Assembly: GCF_964188315.1 (NCBI RefSeq)
Contig: NC_135656.1
Location: forward strand, 62,806,001 to 62,870,000
Source of the DNA: Podarcis muralis
Lineage: Eukaryota
DNA: 64,000 nucleotides
Direction: 5' to 3'
Below, piece by piece: positions 60,366 to 64,000 of this stretch (its first letter is position 1; every line of letters starts with the position of its first letter). The position numbers were made by a program, and so were the translations under genes. The notes beneath the pieces are model-generated. The model searched no databases. It saw only the letters and a list, made by a program, of their open reading frames with translations, and was not told where the DNA came from.

Positions 60366-63300
60366 CTCTAAATGTCCAGTATGGATGCACTAAGTCACTA
60401 AGATTATGATCCCTGAGGGTCACTGGCATTTCTAGAGTTTGCTGGGTGATCATGCTCCTCTTTTACCCCAGTTCAAGGTATGGATAGGGCTACCACCTGG
60501 AATTTTATCCACCTTGAAATGCCCCATGGGCACTGACACAAGCTGGAATGTGGGAATGTTCAGGGAAGCAGGAGAGGATATAATGTTTATTAATATCCTT
60601 CCTAACTTGTGCTAGCAAGTTTCTTTACTTAGCAGAGTTTCACACTCCTCCTTTAAACACACAGTGGGTAGTTGGTTGCAGGCTTGTGTAAGCCTCTCAC
60701 TATTAGGTTCCTGGTAAGTTCCCTTACATCCCTCTTAAAAGAATAAACTCGCCACAATCTTGTGTAAAGTATATAAAAGTAGTTTACTCACATCCTGTTC
60801 ACAGTTGGAACCCTGAAGGCAGGCTTAGTTACAAAGTATATACATGTGGAGCTATTCCATATGGGGATAATCCGAGTGTCCTCTGTTGGCTAGCTAAAAA
60901 GCTGCTCCAACGATGGAGGAAGTCAAAAAGAGAGAGAGTACTGTGTGCCTTGCCTTTTTGTTACCTGGACAGGTAAGGTCACGCCTATCTCTAGTCACAT
61001 GCAAAGGAAGTATGTCCCAGCCAGGAGGAAACAGGAAGTTTTCAACTGGCTGGACCAAACATTCCCCTCTATGTCCCCTCTAGGAAAACAAGGAATGTTG
61101 TACTTGACTGCTACTTATGTATCACATCCCACATGGAAAACAATGCATACCCTTTTGTTGGCGTTTTTATGCAGAAGCTGGATGAGCACCTATCAAAGAT
61201 GCTAGAGCAACAGATAAGGACATCTGAAGTCCCTTCCATCGTTAAGATTCTGTGAAATCTCTTCTCCTAGGACAACTGTGATTCATTTCTCAATTCAGAA
61301 TGCATAGCTTCTACGCACTGCAGATGCCAAGGCATATTTTGAACTTTTGACAAGCCATTGTTGGGAAAAAATTATTTTCCCTGTGCTGTTTTGACCCAAT
61401 GAACAAAGAGCCTCCTGATTTTCAAATCAGAGGATAGGATTGCTGCAGTCCATGAATACAGAGCACAGCAGGTGAAGTAGAAATTAAAGCAACACACAAT
61501 GTGGAGGCAGGAAACAGTCCTCAATAGGAGTGTTACAAGCCTGCCACTGTCTTCATCATTAACACATTCAAGGGTATGTAGATACATAATAAGAGCAGTG
61601 CTAGACCAGCTGCCTGTTCCCTATAGCAGCCAATGATTCCTCTGGGAAGCCTACCTGGGAGGAAATATATATCCATCATGACAAGCAGCCATTGATGACC
61701 AAAAACTCCATGAACGTCTCTAATCTCCTTTTAAACCGTCCAAGTTGACAGCACAATAAATTAGTTCAAGAAAGATGCCTTCTCTCCTCCTAAAAGTGAG
61801 AAGGGCTTTTCCTGCAAATCAATGTTTTAAAGTTAGAGCTTTTTTTCCTTTAGCTTCAGGGAAAGAGTAAAAAGATACTGCTGTGAGACCCAACAAAAGC
61901 TCACAAAATAACGAACTTTATAGTGTGATTGACTACTGGGTTCTGTACAGGACTTCGTAATTTATTTGCAAGGCTACATTTCATTATTTAAAAGCATCAT
62001 CACATTTCTGCTTATGGACTTGAGGTGAATTAGTATGCTTCATCTCTAGTCTCTAGATAAATGAGAAGGGTAATAGTCCCTCCCGAACGCAGATTGCTAT
62101 CGTTTGCACTGGGAATGTCCCGATTTAAAGATACTGTATTGGCATAAAAACATAAATACTATCTCTGCAGGGACTTGTTACAAAGTATCTTTAGAACGGT
62201 TAGTCAACTTGTTGAACTATTTCAAAGGTGTCAGCCTGTTGCGTCTCAGTATATATATAGGTTGCTTCTAGAAAGCTGACACAGTTAAAAAAATTGGAAG
62301 ACCCCAAATCTCCTTCAGCTTTAGCTTTGTGGGGTTTTTTGTTTGTTTCCTTACAATTCTATGTGCAGAAATGAAAATGCTTGCAGCGTGTGTATCCTGA
62401 TGGAGTATACTGTGTAAATATATATGTGTGTGTATATACTATCTTGAAAGACACATGACACCATGGGTGAAATCCATTGGTGACCATCCACCCACAAAGT
62501 AGATACTGCTGGCAGAAGAGATTCCCCTTTTCCTGATTCACCCAATGTGGCTGGCATCAGATTCAGAAGAAAGCAACGTTCAGTTCTTCCTCACATAACC
62601 CACACTCACCTTACAAAATTCATTCCCGCAATATGGGGCGATGGACACCATCTGCCTCACGGGAGGGATGAGTTTCCAGTATTAACTTATTGCAACTTTA
62701 TTATCGCAGTTTGATTTCACTCATAAGCCAGCTTGATTTGTATTTTTCAAAGTGAAATACAAACAATTAGAACCAATGAATAAGCCGTTAGTTGCCTAGT
62801 CAACAAGAAAGAACAAACTACTGATCAGATGTGCGGGGGTGGAGGAGTCAGGAGTTAACTGCTCTGAGGGATTTCACAGACCCATGACATTAAATTCAAT
62901 GACGCAAGCATTTCCATATACATATAAAAGTACTATTCCCCCCCCCCCATTCATGATCTGCATAAACCCCTCTGCCATACACTATAGTTCATTAGAACTC
63001 CCGTCACCCTGCCCCATATCAGCAATTTTGTGCATTCTGACTATGGAAATAATCAAATCACTCAATTGTGGCAGGTGCAGGCCATGAGTCCTGGATTCCA
63101 GAGAATTTTGGTGTTTGTTTGTTTTTAAATAAAGTTTCCAGTCCTCGTGTTACACGCACTAGCACCAGTTCTGTAAGATATGTTTGCTTATTTAGGGCAG
63201 CAGAGGGAGGCTAATCAATGGCCTTCCAGGCCATCTTGCAGGCCACAATGACAACTATCATTACCCGTAGCCAGTGTGGCCAATGGTGGAATTTGGAATC

Positions 63301-64000
63301 AAAAATCTGGAGGACTGCAGGTCCACCTCTGACTTAAGCGAGTTGTGCCCTGCTCTTCTTCTTGATTTTAACAATGTTCTCTACCACTTTAGCTCCTCCT
63401 GGAGGCTGCATTGGTAGAAAGCATTGCTAAAAACAAGAATAATGAAAACACAGAGCAGAATAAGCCTTGTTGAGAAAGAATCAGTTTACTCATCTTAACC
63501 CTTTGAAACACAACTATATTTAGATATCAGATCACCTCAAGGAACAATATTTGGACTTCCAAAAAACTTTTGAGAAAAGTCCCTCATGATTTTGCAGAAA
63601 TGGGTAATGTGACATGCTTTCACAGGGATCATTCAGTGGTTAAAAAATAATTGGATAGGTCCCACACAGGACTTTGGAACTGGTGCTATCTAACTTACTT
63701 GCAAGTTATCTGGAGTCGGGGTGAACAATGAAGTTGACTACAATTCAGTACTACTGTTATTTAGTTATTTAGTTGCAGGCGACTTCCTATTTACACACAC
63801 TCTTTGTGTGCGCAACCACACACCTGCGTGGTGCCGGGAACCCAGAAGTGGATCCCAAAAACGGGGAGCACCCTGGAGAGTCCTCCTGACATGCAAGGAG
63901 ACCCTCCCGGGAGCCCAAAGAGAATGTGGCATGGCTCAGCTGTGCAAGCCGTACTTCTGCGCGTGCTTCTTCCCCATGTGTTAGCTGAGCTGATACAAGC

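Overview
Vertebrate genomic DNA from a squamate reptile, probably a lacertid lizard (inferred from the Sauria-SINE, Bov-B, L2, CR1 and RTE repeat set). It carries two complete, convergent genes in the order conserved with mammals. GPX3 (+) has 5 coding exons, CDS 15775-22849, 224 aa, with an in-frame TGA read as selenocysteine at codon 73. TNIP1/ABIN-1 (-) has 17 coding exons, CDS 57360-28862, 626 aa, with AHD1, UBAN and LIR motifs. All exons were rebuilt by hand with GT-AG boundaries and consistent phases. The rest is intronic or intergenic and dense with SINEs, LINE fragments, Tc1/mariner-pogo and hAT MITEs and microsatellites; there is one 167-N gap. Top leads: (1) the only SECIS-like hairpin for GPX3 lies about 2 kb after the stop and has a non-canonical core (CAAG where NGAN is expected), behind TE insertions and several earlier AATAAA signals; (2) TNIP1 exon 15 looks like a degenerate copy of the UBAN exon, down to its splice acceptor; (3) SINEs with the same CR1-type tail carry two different tRNA heads; (4) a MITE whose interior is a chain of long palindromes; (5) paired NF-kB sites and an ETS cluster in TNIP1 introns. 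No database searches were run; family names come from recalled consensus features.
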